Part shown: piece by piece, positions 16,749-25,567 of the stretch
Layout: each line of letters opens with the position of its first letter
Numbering within the stretch: the stretch's first letter is position 1
Assembly (NCBI GenBank): GCA_947502965.1
Contig: CANNCG010000003.1
Coordinates: forward strand, 1 to 32,531
Source of the DNA: a bacterium
GTDB lineage: Bacteria > Margulisbacteria > Marinamargulisbacteria > SXXA01
Direction of reading: 5' to 3'
Length of the DNA stretch: 32,531 nucleotides
Program-made: the position numbers and the translations under genes
Notes under the pieces: generated by a model
Seen by the model: only the letters and a program-made list of their open reading frames with translations
Told to the model about the DNA's origin: nothing
The model's database searches: none

Positions 16749-18473
16749 ATGCCGCAGCCAACGCTAGAAGAAATACGACACAGCGCTTCCCATATTTTGG
16801 CGCAAGCTGTTTTGCAGGTTTTTCCGGACGCTAAGTTGGGGATAGGGCCTGTCATTGATGAAGGGTTCTACTACGACTTTGGGCTCTCACGCCCCCTGAG
16901 CCCCGACGACTTGGCCAATATCGAATCCAGAATGCAGCAGATCCTGAAAGAGGCCCAAGACTTCCGTGCCTATACCCTCCCGAGAGCCGCCGCAACCCTC
17001 TTTTTCCAGGAACGGGAACAGCCCTACAAACTGGAACTCATCGAAGACCTCAACGTACCCGAATACAGCTTCTATGAAAACGGCCCCTTCATCGATCTTT
17101 GCAGAGGACCCCACGTCCAAAACACCACAGAGATCCCGGCCATCAAGCTCATGCGCGTGTCCGGCGCCTACTGGCGAGGAGACGAAAAACGACCGATGCT
17201 CCAACGCATCTACGGAACAGCCTTTCATTCCCAATCCGAACTCGATGACTATCTCCTCCGTCTCGAAGAAGCCCAAAAACGGGACCATCGCATTCTTGGA
17301 AAAGCACTGGATTTGTTTAGTTTCCAAGATGACATCGGGCCAGGACTGGTACTCTGGCATCCCAAAGGGGCGATGATTCGTTCCATCATCGAAGACCACT
17401 GGCGCAAAGAGCACTACAAAGCGGGCTATGACCTCCTCTACTCGCCCCATGTGGGACGCGCCACCCTCTGGGAAACCAGCGGACATTTGTCTTTTTATCG
17501 CGAAAACATGTTTGCCGAGATGCTGGTCGACGATCAAAGCTACTTCGTCAAACCCATGAATTGTCCTTTTCATATCAAAGTCTATGAATCCCAACACCAT
17601 TCCTATCGGGACCTGCCCCTCCGCTACGCTGAACTGGGTACCGTGTACAGATATGAGCGTTCGGGGGTGCTCCATGGCCTCATGCGTGTACGTGGATTTA
17701 CCCAAGATGATGCCCACATCATCTGCACGCCAGACCAAGTGAGCGCTGAAATTTTGGAGGTGCTCTCTCTTTGCAGCAACATCCTAGACGCGTTTGGGTT
17801 TCACAAGAAACATGTCTATCTCTCCACACGTCCCAAAGAAAAATACGTTGGCAACCTAGATCTCTGGCGCTCCGCCGAATCCGCTCTCGAAGATGCCATC
17901 AAAACCATGGGCTGGGACTATTCCCTTGATGATGGCGGCGGCGCTTTCTACGGACCCAAAATTGACATCAAAATTGAAGACGCCATTGGCCGCCTCTGGC
18001 AATGTTCGACGATACAGTTTGACTTCAACCTCCCAGAACGCTTTGACATGACCTACGTCGGATCCGATGGCCAAAAGCACCGCCCCATCGTGATTCATCG
18101 CGCGCTATTTGGGTCCTTAGAGCGCTTTTTTGGGATTCTCATTGAGCATTACGAAGGCAAGTTCCCGGTTTGGCTGGCACCCGTGCAAATCAAGCTTCTC
18201 AATCTGTCGACAGAAACAATGGACTACACCAAGGCCTTGGCCAACGTCTTGCGTCAGGCAGGAATACGCGTTGCCACAGACCTCTCGGATGAGAAGCTTG
18301 GCTATAAAATTCGAATGGCCACCACTGAAAAAGTGCCTTTTATCGGCGTCATTGGCAAAAAAGAATCGGCAGACAATATGGTCAGCGTGCGTACACGTGG
18401 CAGCAGCGACAGCCAGATCATCGCAGCAGACCTCTTGATAAAGCATATTTTGGACGCGGCCCAACAGGGGTAA
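16749..18473 (+). CDS. thrS: Threonyl-tRNA synthetase lacking the N-terminal TGS domain
   Basis: 574 aa. Aligns to E. coli ThrRS from about residue 68 (IRHSASHILAQA vs IRHSCAHLLGHA). Class-II motifs present: CRGPHV, RVSGAYWRGD, MLQRIYGTAF, KPMNCPFH, GLMRVRGFTQDDAHI, QFDFNLPERF. Anticodon-binding domain at the C-terminus. Confidence 0.95.
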   Translation: MPQPTLEEIRHSASHILAQAVLQVFPDAKLGIGPVIDEGFYYDFGLSRPLSPDDLANIESRMQQILKEAQDFRAYTLPRAAATLFFQEREQPYKLELIEDLNVPEYSFYENGPFIDLCRGPHVQNTTEIPAIKLMRVSGAYWRGDEKRPMLQRIYGTAFHSQSELDDYLLRLEEAQKRDHRILGKALDLFSFQDDIGPGLVLWHPKGAMIRSIIEDHWRKEHYKAGYDLLYSPHVGRATLWETSGHLSFYRENMFAEMLVDDQSYFVKPMNCPFHIKVYESQHHSYRDLPLRYAELGTVYRYERSGVLHGLMRVRGFTQDDAHIICTPDQVSAEILEVLSLCSNILDAFGFHKKHVYLSTRPKEKYVGNLDLWRSAESALEDAIKTMGWDYSLDDGGGAFYGPKIDIKIEDAIGRLWQCSTIQFDFNLPERFDMTYVGSDGQKHRPIVIHRALFGSLERFFGILIEHYEGKFPVWLAPVQIKLLNLSTETMDYTKALANVLRQAGIRVATDLSDEKLGYKIRMATTEKVPFIGVIGKKESADNMVSVRTRGSSDSQIIAADLLIKHILDAAQQG

Positions 18474-18479
18474 TGGCCT

Positions 18480-19106
18480 ATGGACACACACGGGCCCACG
18501 GCCCCTTGGAGCCCGAACCTCCAAAACGACGTTAACGGGGCACCCCGCATCCAGATCGTCAGCGACATCGACTTTACGATTTGTCGGCCACAGAATATCC
18601 AATCGCCATTTTTGGCCAAATGTCTTGCCACCCAGCCCACGCAATGCCCCATCTTTCACGCATCGGGCACTTTCCCATGCCGCAACAACCGCTGCGATCC
18701 CCCCACAGAAAATGATTTTCACATGTCCATGAGCTGTCCCAAACGTGATGCTTTTTCAGAAGAGTTTTACACATGGCTTGCCACCTTGGATTTTGAGCAC
18801 GACCACCCCATAGCCCCCAGCTTGCAATTTATTCAGCAACACCCCAGCATCCCGATTTTCCTCACCAACAGGGACGAGCAATGTAGAACAGGTACACTGT
18901 CTTTTTTCAAAAAACACCGCATCGACCATCACGAACTCCACATGCGCGCCCACCGGGATTATCGCCCCTTATGGGACTTCAAACTGGAAAAAATCGCCGA
19001 ACTCAAGGAGCATCATCCCCATATCCTGTGGATCGATGACCAGAACCCCCCGGTGATGTTTGAAAATGTGGTGTGGGTGCATCCCGCGACGTTACAGGAG
19101 ATTTAG
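18480..19106 (+). CDS. HAD-superfamily hydrolase/phosphatase-like protein
   Basis: 208 aa. Motif I: IVSDIDFTI (DxDxT). Motif IV-like: ILWIDDQ. Size and motifs recall 5'(3')-nucleotidase or polynucleotide-phosphatase-type HAD enzymes. Confidence 0.55.
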   Translation: MDTHGPTAPWSPNLQNDVNGAPRIQIVSDIDFTICRPQNIQSPFLAKCLATQPTQCPIFHASGTFPCRNNRCDPPTENDFHMSMSCPKRDAFSEEFYTWLATLDFEHDHPIAPSLQFIQQHPSIPIFLTNRDEQCRTGTLSFFKKHRIDHHELHMRAHRDYRPLWDFKLEKIAELKEHHPHILWIDDQNPPVMFENVVWVHPATLQEI

Positions 19107-20185
19107 CGCCCCGAATCTCCCAGTCTATAGCCCTTCACCCACTGTTTGATATTTTGGGTATTCTTAAAGGCCAGCAGGTCCCTCTGAAGACTTTCTACAT
19201 GCGTTTCGAGTTCGTCGATTTCGGTTTGAAAACGGCGCCGAACATACTCAGGCGATAGCCGCTGATAGGGCGACATGTGAAATTTTTCTCTGAAAAAAAA
19301 TTCTCTATTTGCGATTTCGTTTTGGAGTTCCAAACATTGGTCTTTCAAAATTTGATTGAAATGCTTCAGGCGGGCATCGGACATAGTTTCGAGGGTGTCA
19401 CGATCCAATTGGGCAATCTCCAACTGTAGCTCCAAAAGGGTGAGTAACTCTCGCTTCTTGTAGGCCTCATTGACCTGTTGCATGAGCAGGGTTTTGCGGT
19501 CTCGTTCTACAGGATCTTGCTCGGTATCGGGGTGGAGCTCTTTGGCCAATTGGCGATACACGTCCCGTATCGATTGACTGATTTGCTTTTCAGCCGCTTT
19601 GTCTTTGGCTTCTTTGGCTAGCGCTTTGGCGGACTTTTCTGCTGGGGCCTCCCTTTCTTCTCCAGCCTCGGGGTCCGCCGCCATACTGGCATGTATCTGA
19701 CGTAGCCAGTCCTCGGTGTCATCGTTTATATCGGGATTTAACTCTGCCCCAAAAAGATCGGAGATCATGCCCTTGAAATTTGCTTTTTCTTCGAGACATT
19801 CGGCATCATAGTCGGCGTTGTTGTATTTGTTATACAACGCTTTGACGGTCTCTGTTTCCTCAGTCGCCAGTATGTCGGCCGCCATAGAGCCAATAATTTC
19901 CTCGAACTTTCGCTTGTCCGTTTTGGAAAAAATACTGTCCAAATAGACACTGTCAAAACGCAAAATAATCGCAGTTTTCAAGACATTGTAGGTACGGCCC
20001 AAAGGGATAAGGACCTGGGTTAGCGTATCATGGTAGGTTGCCAACCATTTTTCCCAAGCGGCCAAGGCCTGTCGCTTTTGATCCACTTCTCGGATCCTTT
20101 TTTGAAATATTTGTTGTGCTTTGGTAAGGGTGTTTGTGTCCATACTCGCCAAGACATGGACCATTTCAGAAGAGATATTTGTCAT
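19103..20185 (-). CDS. J-domain-containing protein (DnaJ-like co-chaperone domain, otherwise uncharacterized)
   Basis: 360 aa. AGGAG SD 8 nt upstream of ATG 20185. Central VYRQLAKELHPDTEQDPVERDRKTLLMQQVNEAYKK carries the J-domain HPD motif and flanking helices. The rest is charged, coiled-coil-like. Confidence 0.6.
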   Translation of the reverse strand: MTNISSEMVHVLASMDTNTLTKAQQIFQKRIREVDQKRQALAAWEKWLATYHDTLTQVLIPLGRTYNVLKTAIILRFDSVYLDSIFSKTDKRKFEEIIGSMAADILATEETETVKALYNKYNNADYDAECLEEKANFKGMISDLFGAELNPDINDDTEDWLRQIHASMAADPEAGEEREAPAEKSAKALAKEAKDKAAEKQISQSIRDVYRQLAKELHPDTEQDPVERDRKTLLMQQVNEAYKKRELLTLLELQLEIAQLDRDTLETMSDARLKHFNQILKDQCLELQNEIANREFFFREKFHMSPYQRLSPEYVRRRFQTEIDELETHVESLQRDLLAFKNTQNIKQWVKGYRLGDSGR

Positions 20186-20209
20186 GCGTTTGCTCCTATA
20201 GCCGGTTTT

Positions 20210-20995
20210 TTATACCGACCATACCCGAACCCTAGACCCGTTTGCAACCATCCGTACATTATCCGCCATGACATCTGCGTCATGCGCCAAATTTTTCTGC
20301 GACAATACGATTCCCAGTAGCGAAATACCCCGTTGCCGCAAGGCCATGACGCTGAGCATCACCTGGTTGATGACGCCCACCCGGTTTTCAGACACCAGCA
20401 ATACCGAAAATCCCGCATCTGCCACCATGTCCAGCAGCATCACCGTCTCGGTATAGGGCACCATGAGCCCACCAGACCCTTCTATGAGCACACGATACCC
20501 AGCGACCTGCAACCGCGCTGTTGCCGCCAAACATGCCCCTATATCGACACACTGGCCTTGACGAGACGCGGCGAGATGGGGGGAGACAGGATCAGGAAAA
20601 TAATACGGCAGCCTATCTGTCAGCAGAGCCTCGGGAAAGACCACCCCAGACAAGCGATCATGCGTGTCTATGTCCGTGGGCGCCGGCCCTGTTTGGACCC
20701 ATTTCTGGGTAATCACGGGCACACCCGTCTCATACAACGCATGGGCCAGGTGCCCGGTGACCCATGTTTTCCCCACGTCGGTATCGGTGCCAACGATGAC
20801 AATAGGGGATTGAATTGGCAGCTTCGCCGCCAATTCAATCCAGATTTTAGGTAAGGGAGAACGACTACGTCGCTCCCCCTTACAACCCCTACTCTTTTTC
20901 GGATCGAAAGGGTGAGCGACATCGTCGTGAGCCCTTTCGACAAAAAAAAGTTCCCCCTCTTTGGAGGGGGTAAGGGGATGGGATAAATCCAGCAT
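20210..20995 (-). CDS. bioD: Dethiobiotin synthetase, with an unusual ~50-aa N-terminal extension containing palindromic element C
   Basis: P-loop IVIVGTDTDVGKTWVTGHLAHAL matches BioD GTDTxVGKT. ATG at 20995 is 1 nt after the bioC stop. The ORF track extends to a GTG at 21271 overlapping bioC, which is probably spurious. The true start could be further downstream (TTG/CTG near 20850), in which case element C would be intergenic. Confidence 0.75.
   Translation of the reverse strand: MLDLSHPLTPSKEGELFFVERAHDDVAHPFDPKKSRGCKGERRSRSPLPKIWIELAAKLPIQSPIVIVGTDTDVGKTWVTGHLAHALYETGVPVITQKWVQTGPAPTDIDTHDRLSGVVFPEALLTDRLPYYFPDPVSPHLAASRQGQCVDIGACLAATARLQVAGYRVLIEGSGGLMVPYTETVMLLDMVADAGFSVLLVSENRVGVINQVMLSVMALRQRGISLLGIVLSQKNLAHDADVMADNVRMVANGSRVRVWSV
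20880..20975. repeat. Palindromic element C (hairpins tcgaaaggg...ccctttcga at 20904..20940 and ccccctc...gaggggg at 20953..20970), at the bioC-bioD junction / bioD 5' end
   Basis: Shares the GATCGAAAGGG-(loop)-CCCTTTCGATC core with elements A and B. Translated in the bioD frame it reads ...FFVERAHDDVAHPFDPKKSRG..., with PFDP in the same frame as PLDP (A) and AFDP (B). Confidence 0.45.
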
Positions 20996-20996
20996 C

Positions 20997-21755
20997 TTAC
21001 CCGCACCTAGCGGTGCAATAGAACACCTGATACGTCGCCACAATCCGACGATAATGCGCCAAATACGCACGCTCCACTTCCCGAAACAATCCTGGGGTCC
21101 AGTACTTGGGGCCCTCCGGGATCCCCCGCGTTCCGGTGTGTTTGATGCTGCGAAGTAGATCCGCCAAACTCTTAAAATCGCGTTGGTAACGACACTGAAG
21201 AACATGAACCGTTTCAAAACAGTCAGACAGACAGGCATGTAGCGCCGCCCCATCCAAAAACTGCGCCGCACTGGTGATCACCGGATGCCCCCAGACCTGG
21301 CGAATCACCGTTGCCAATTCACGATAGGTCTCGGGTCCAAAGCTGGACAGAACCAACGGACCCCCATGTGACAGTTGCGACAACGCATGCGTCAGTGCCG
21401 CTTTGGGAGGGGAAACCCATTGAAAGGTGGCGTTTGAAAATAGCAGATCCGCTGGGGTTTCCAGCTGAAACTGCGCCATCTCACTACACACAAAATGCAT
21501 GCGTGGGCTACCGTACCGCTGTTGTGCAAACATCACCATTTTGGGCGCCACATCCACGCCCACAACCGTTGCCTCTGGATAGCGTTTTCCCAACAAGGCC
21601 GTCATTGCGCCTGTGCCAGAACCCATGTCTACAATGTGCTGGTAGCTTCCCTCTGGAATTTTTTCTACCAGTTGTGCAAAAACACGCTGCTGAATATCAC
21701 TGTATTGGTCATAGTGCGCCGCCGCAGTAGAAAACTGACTGGCCACATCCCTCAT
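20997..21755 (-). CDS. bioC: Malonyl-ACP O-methyltransferase-like class I SAM methyltransferase
   Basis: 252 aa. FSTAAAHYDQYSDIQQ ... IVDMGSGTG ... matches the BioC N-terminus and SAM-binding motif. Adjacent to bioD. Confidence 0.75.
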   Translation of the reverse strand: MRDVASQFSTAAAHYDQYSDIQQRVFAQLVEKIPEGSYQHIVDMGSGTGAMTALLGKRYPEATVVGVDVAPKMVMFAQQRYGSPRMHFVCSEMAQFQLETPADLLFSNATFQWVSPPKAALTHALSQLSHGGPLVLSSFGPETYRELATVIRQVWGHPVITSAAQFLDGAALHACLSDCFETVHVLQCRYQRDFKSLADLLRSIKHTGTRGIPEGPKYWTPGLFREVERAYLAHYRRIVATYQVFYCTARCG

Positions 21756-22810
21756 ACAGGAAACAGTCCCCGACGCTGCACCGCAATGGTCTCAAAATAC
21801 CGCGTTAAGGCCGCCGCATCTCCCGATGTGATCAAGGCCGACAGCGTCCCCATATCGGCGCTCACCGATTGCAAAAATGCCAACACAGCATCGGCGTTGT
21901 CTAGACAGACAGCCGCACCCCATTGCGCAGGCGAGCATGCCACCCGTGTGGTATCCCGAAAGCCACTGCTGATCAGCTGTTTACCCGCATCCACATAGGG
22001 AGACTTGAGCAAGGTGCCTGCCGTCAGGCATGCCATCACATAGGGCCCATGAGAGGCCAAAGCGACGGCCTCATCGTGGTCCTCTGGCGACATGGTGACC
22101 ACCCGGAATTTTAAATTTTTGAGATAGGTTTCAAAGGACTGACGGCGGGGATCGAGGCTGGGCATGAGGACGTAGGTAGCACCGATGAGCATCTGTACTT
22201 CGGAAGCCGCGTAACCGGTGGTTTCTTTGCCGGCCATGGGGTGCCCTCCAATGAAGAGCGCTTTGTGATTTGGCTCCGCCAAATCACAAAGCGTAGAAGC
22301 CCCAAGGGGCTGCGCCCCTTGACCCCCACCGGCTCCGCCAGGAAAGCTTACGGCGCTGCCGGAAATGCCACCGGCTCCGCCGGGGATTCCATTGGCGCCA
22401 CCTGGAATGCTTCCGGCTTTGCCGGAAACGGGATCCAAAGGGCGAAGCCCTTTGGATCTTTTTTCTTTCTGCCTCGGCGAAGCCGAGGCAGAAAGAGCCT
22501 CTACGATGTCACGTTTGACACTTGCCACATCGGTCACGATCGCAGTAGGCGCTAAAATCTCCTGAAGACATTTAACCGTATCAACGATCATCCCTATCGG
22601 CGTCGCCACGAAGACCAACGACATCTTTGCCAAGATACGAATATCCGTACCTGCGGATGACAGCACCCCATCCGCGATAGCCTGCGTGCAGGCACTTTGA
22701 CTGCGAGATACCCCCACGATATGGGTATCGGGAAACACCTCACGAATCAGCTTTGCCAAGGAGCCGCCGATCAGCCCCAACCCCACAATGCCAACCCTTG
22801 GAAAACTCAC
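21752..22810 (-). CDS. tyrA: Prephenate/arogenate dehydrogenase carrying an ~80-aa in-frame low-complexity insertion (palindromic element A)
   Basis: N-terminal Rossmann [17 protein letters not shown], then [10 protein letters not shown] ... [13 protein letters not shown] (HPMAG motif). Between VKRDIVEAL and [11 protein letters not shown], where about 10-15 aa are normally found, lies [77 protein letters not shown]. Confidence 0.8.
   Translation of the reverse strand: MSFPRVGIVGLGLIGGSLAKLIREVFPDTHIVGVSRSQSACTQAIADGVLSSAGTDIRILAKMSLVFVATPIGMIVDTVKCLQEILAPTAIVTDVASVKRDIVEALSASASPRQKEKRSKGLRPLDPVSGKAGSIPGGANGIPGGAGGISGSAVSFPGGAGGGQGAQPLGASTLCDLAEPNHKALFIGGHPMAGKETTGYAASEVQMLIGATYVLMPSLDPRRQSFETYLKNLKFRVVTMSPEDHDEAVALASHGPYVMACLTAGTLLKSPYVDAGKQLISSGFRDTTRVACSPAQWGAAVCLDNADAVLAFLQSVSADMGTLSALITSGDAAALTRYFETIAVQRRGLFPV
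22261..22500. repeat. Palindromic element A inside tyrA: four hairpins (22261..22291, 22303..22321, 22432..22458, 22465..22495) plus a degenerate ~45-bp tandem repeat
   Basis: ggatccaaagggc-gaa-gccctttggatc and ctttctgcctcggc-gaa-gccgaggcagaaag are near-perfect hairpins with GAA loops. ctttgtgatttgg-ctccg-ccaaatcacaaag has a 13-bp stem. Length is a multiple of 3 and it is in frame with tyrA. Confidence 0.55.
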
Positions 22811-23169
22811 AGCTTTCTTTTGTCCGGCCTCAGCGCCGTCGCCCCTTTGAGATAGACATGCTGGATATCGGATCCCGATTTATCCGTATTCCAATGGATC
22901 AAAATCCTAATACAGTGGGCCAACGCACCAGGCACCGAGATCTCCGCCGCACACATCAAGGGCACATCAGAGAAGCCCATGTCGCGGGCCGCAAACGCCG
23001 GAAATTCTGCATCCAAATCGGGGGTGAGGGTGAAGATAATCGAGGCGATATCTTCGAGCAGAATCCTATTTTCAGTGATCATGGTTGAGAGCAGAAACTT
23101 GGTTTCTTGGACAATGTCCGCTTTGCTATTTTGAGCAACCGTACTGGCGCCCCTCACTCCCCGAACCAT
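22807..23169 (-). CDS. aroH: AroH-class chorismate mutase
   Basis: [11 protein letters not shown] ... [41 protein letters not shown] ... [13 protein letters not shown] is collinear with B. subtilis AroH (MMIRGIRGATTV...FPAKAVRE...CIRVMMTVQTD...HVYLEKVVVLRPD). Start taken at the fourth codon (ATG 23169) by homology. Confidence 0.85.
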   Translation of the reverse strand: MVRGVRGASTVAQNSKADIVQETKFLLSTMITENRILLEDIASIIFTLTPDLDAEFPAFAARDMGFSDVPLMCAAEISVPGALAHCIRILIHWNTDKSGSDIQHVYLKGATALRPDKRKL

Positions 23170-23843
23170 AGTGCACACTCCTCTATTAATCCTTCTGTTA
23201 CAACGGTTTTGTCATAGGTTTCGCCAGACAGCATGGCGATCGATGTCGCCTCCGTCAACGTCTCAGGAAAGAGATGTTGATTGAGATTCAATCCAATGCC
23301 AATGACCCCAAAGTACGCATCCCCTCGACTGATCTTTTCCACTAAAATACCACAGAGTTTCTTCCCGTTCACCAAGAGATCGTTGGGAAGCTTGATCTCG
23401 GTGTTGATTTGGAATTTTTTGGCTAGCCAGGCTTGGAGTTTGAGGGCTATCCAATAGGGGAGCGCGTCTGGTTTCGCAGCGCCGCTGCGCAACCAGACGT
23501 GGGGATTTTCAACGTTCTGTCGCCCCATGGATCCCATGGGGTCGAAAGCCCGAAGACCTTTCGCTTCTTTTTCTTCCCGGCAAAGCCGGGAAGAAATCGG
23601 CGAGAACGACAAAAACGAAAAATACACTCCCCCTGGAGGAGACACCCATTTTCGATCAAACTGTCCTCGTCCAGCCGTTTGGACATCCGCCGTGATACAC
23701 ATCCCATCGGGAAACACATGCGCTCCCGTGAGGCGACCTAGGTGTTTAGCGAGGTCGCTGGTGGAGGGCAGCGTGTGGTAGTGGAGATGGGGGGGGTTAG
23801 GCACCGCATACGCCCTCAGCTGTCGGTGATGATTGGTCACCAA
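23154..23843 (-). CDS. birA: Biotin-protein ligase (class I BirA, no N-terminal HTH) carrying a ~35-aa in-frame insertion (palindromic element B)
   Basis: [27 protein letters not shown] ... [19 protein letters not shown] matches BirA catalytic motifs (GRGRxGRxWxSPxG ... KWPNDv...KlaGILvE). The start codon at 23843 is TTG (GTG next), so the start is uncertain. Segment [36 protein letters not shown] interrupts the otherwise collinear alignment with E. coli BirA. Confidence 0.75.
   Translation of the reverse strand: MVTNHHRQLRAYAVPNPPHLHYHTLPSTSDLAKHLGRLTGAHVFPDGMCITADVQTAGRGQFDRKWVSPPGGVYFSFLSFSPISSRLCREEKEAKGLRAFDPMGSMGRQNVENPHVWLRSGAAKPDALPYWIALKLQAWLAKKFQINTEIKLPNDLLVNGKKLCGILVEKISRGDAYFGVIGIGLNLNQHLFPETLTEATSIAMLSGETYDKTVVTEGLIEECALWFGE
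23496..23603. repeat. Palindromic element B inside birA: hairpins ccccatgg-atc-ccatgggg, cgaaag...ctttcg, and ttcttcccggc-aaa-gccgggaagaa
   Basis: Aligns codon-by-codon with element A: tct tcc cgg ctt tgc cgg gaa gaa aaa gaa gcg aaa ggt ctt cgg gct ttc gac ccc versus tct gcc tcg gct tcg ccg agg cag aaa gaa aaa aga tcc aaa ggg ctt cgc cct ttg gat ccc. Both encode R-x-x-E-K-x-x-K-G-L-R-x-x-D-P. Confidence 0.55.
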
Positions 23844-23986
23844 CGGCTATTGTTTCAGGAAAATAGGGTTTTAAAGCATTCATTATGCACCTTATATACC
23901 TTTTTTTCTGGGATCAAAAACCCCATGTGTTGCACTTCGAAGTTAAACGCGGGAAAATAAAAAAATCAGAAAAAGGAGAAAAAAAC

Positions 23987-24391
23987 ATGAAAACCACAAT
24001 CATTGCGTATCTTGCTTCATTTTTGACAATGGCCTTGGTAGATGGTATTTGGCTTTCGTTAACAGCAAAATCGTTTTATGCAAAAAACATGGGACCCCTG
24101 ATGAACGCAACACCCTATTGGGTGCCAGCTGTTCTCTTTTATCTACTATTTCCGATTGGGCTGACGTTCTTAGTGATACTTCCTGTGATGAAGGGGGGCG
24201 GTTCTCTTGTGCAAGCGGGATTACTGGGTGCATTGTTGGGCTTGGTGAGCTATGGCACCTACGATCTTACCAACCAGGCGACAATCAGGGAATGGCCTTT
24301 TGTTGTTACGGTTGTGGATTTGATTTGGGGCACGTCTGTTTCAGCGGTGGTTTCTATGGTGGCCCTTAAGATTGTGATGAAGTTTGGGTAA
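23987..24391 (+). CDS. Small integral membrane protein (DUF2177-like)
   Basis: 134 aa, four hydrophobic segments. ATG at 23987 preceded by AAGGAG with 8-nt spacing. The ORF-track N-terminal extension (from 23885) is probably not translated. Confidence 0.55.
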   Translation: MKTTIIAYLASFLTMALVDGIWLSLTAKSFYAKNMGPLMNATPYWVPAVLFYLLFPIGLTFLVILPVMKGGGSLVQAGLLGALLGLVSYGTYDLTNQATIREWPFVVTVVDLIWGTSVSAVVSMVALKIVMKFG

Positions 24392-25567
24392 TCACCCCCA
24401 CGCCCTCTGCCACCACCGCTGTGTCGTGGGATGCTGCGCGACCTGAATGGCTCCGGTTTTCATCCCATAAAGCACCACGCCTACGGCCACATGGTCTTCT
24501 GGGTTGCGGATAGTGTGGTGGAACTGGGGATGTATGCCCAATCGGACGGGTGCTTCAAAAATCTCCGAGGCCAAAATGCCCAATCCAGGAATGGCGCTAC
24601 CGCCACCTGCGATGATCACGGGAAATCCTGACATATCCACATGCCTGAGCTTTTTGCGCACGAGGGCAAGGGTTTCCCGGACTCGCGCACGAATCACCTC
24701 CGCGAGTATCCGACGTCGGATATCACGGGGTCTGCCGTCACTGGGGATTCCCGGGATGATGTCCCCATCGGGAATGACAAAGGGCAAAACATGGCCATAT
24801 TTTATTTTGACGCGCTCAGCATCTGAGATGGGAATACGCAAACACTGGGCGATGTCTTGGGTAATACGATGTCCCCCCACCGGCATCACGGAGCCCAACA
24901 CCAAGGTTCCTTTTTGAAACAGGCTGGCCCTTGTCCATTTCCCACCAATATCGATCAGCAAGGCGCCATATTGACGCTCTGCATCGCTCAGACAGGCTGC
25001 GCCAGCACCGAACTGATCACAGGACAATCCGGCCACATAAAATCCCAAATTTTTGACAATACGGGTGATACTGTCCACCATGTTTTGATCTGAAAAAATA
25101 ACGCGTGCGGTTATTTCCAATTGACGACCCGCTTTGCCAATGGGGGTATCCACGGGATGTCCGTCTAGCAGCGTCTCGATACTGCTGCCATGGACCATGA
25201 TCTCATGGGGATGTCTGACCACCTGCATGGCCCGTTTGAGACACTGTGTGACATCTTCGGCCTGTACCAAACCTGAGACATGTTGGAGTGACAGCACCCC
25301 TGAATTGATGACAAATCGGGTACCAAATGTGGGAAGTCCCACCACCACACGGCCGGGTTTCACACTGGCGGCACGCGTGGCCCGTTGCACAGACCGAAGG
25401 ATGCTTTGGGAGAGCCCATCTTCGTCGGTGATGCCCGTTTCATCCAGCCCTGTTGTCGCGGAACGTCCCAGACCACGAATAATGACCTCCTGCGGCTGGG
25501 GGAGTTCGCAGACCACCGAAGAGATTTTGCTTGATCCAATGTCCAGGCCCAATACACTTTCAGCCAT
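24392..25567 (-). CDS. ftsA: Cell division protein FtsA (actin-like ATPase)
   Basis: LGLDIGSSKISSVV ... ALLIDIGGKWTRASL ... VIIAGGGSAIPGL are actin-fold phosphate 1, phosphate 2 and adenosine motifs in FtsA order. Immediately downstream of ftsQ. Alternative start 25576. Confidence 0.85.
   Translation of the reverse strand: MAESVLGLDIGSSKISSVVCELPQPQEVIIRGLGRSATTGLDETGITDEDGLSQSILRSVQRATRAASVKPGRVVVGLPTFGTRFVINSGVLSLQHVSGLVQAEDVTQCLKRAMQVVRHPHEIMVHGSSIETLLDGHPVDTPIGKAGRQLEITARVIFSDQNMVDSITRIVKNLGFYVAGLSCDQFGAGAACLSDAERQYGALLIDIGGKWTRASLFQKGTLVLGSVMPVGGHRITQDIAQCLRIPISDAERVKIKYGHVLPFVIPDGDIIPGIPSDGRPRDIRRRILAEVIRARVRETLALVRKKLRHVDMSGFPVIIAGGGSAIPGLGILASEIFEAPVRLGIHPQFHHTIRNPEDHVAVGVVLYGMKTGAIQVAQHPTTQRWWQRAWG

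Noticed and set aside
16348-18722. Minus-strand ORFs 16348..16581, 16571..16855, 16887..17738 (283 aa), 17856..18098, 18117..18722 (201 aa), 18302..18652
   Set aside because: Antisense to the well-supported hicB-like, thrS and HAD genes. No domains, and odd composition.
20997-21271. N-terminal 92 codons of ORF-track model 20210..21271 (GTG start), and similar long N-terminal extensions of 25560..26510 and 27548..28513
   Set aside because: These extensions overlap the upstream gene on the same strand out of frame and lack homology. Homology-supported internal starts (ATG 20995 for bioD, ATG 26348 for ftsQ, GTG ~28339 for the NAD-binding protein) fit the tight operon spacing.
22365-22565. Plus-strand 66-aa ORF 22365..22565 and 104-aa ORF 22241..22555 (G/A/P-rich)
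   Set aside because: They translate the antisense of the low-complexity palindromic insertion in tyrA and are artefacts of its repetitive GC-rich sequence.
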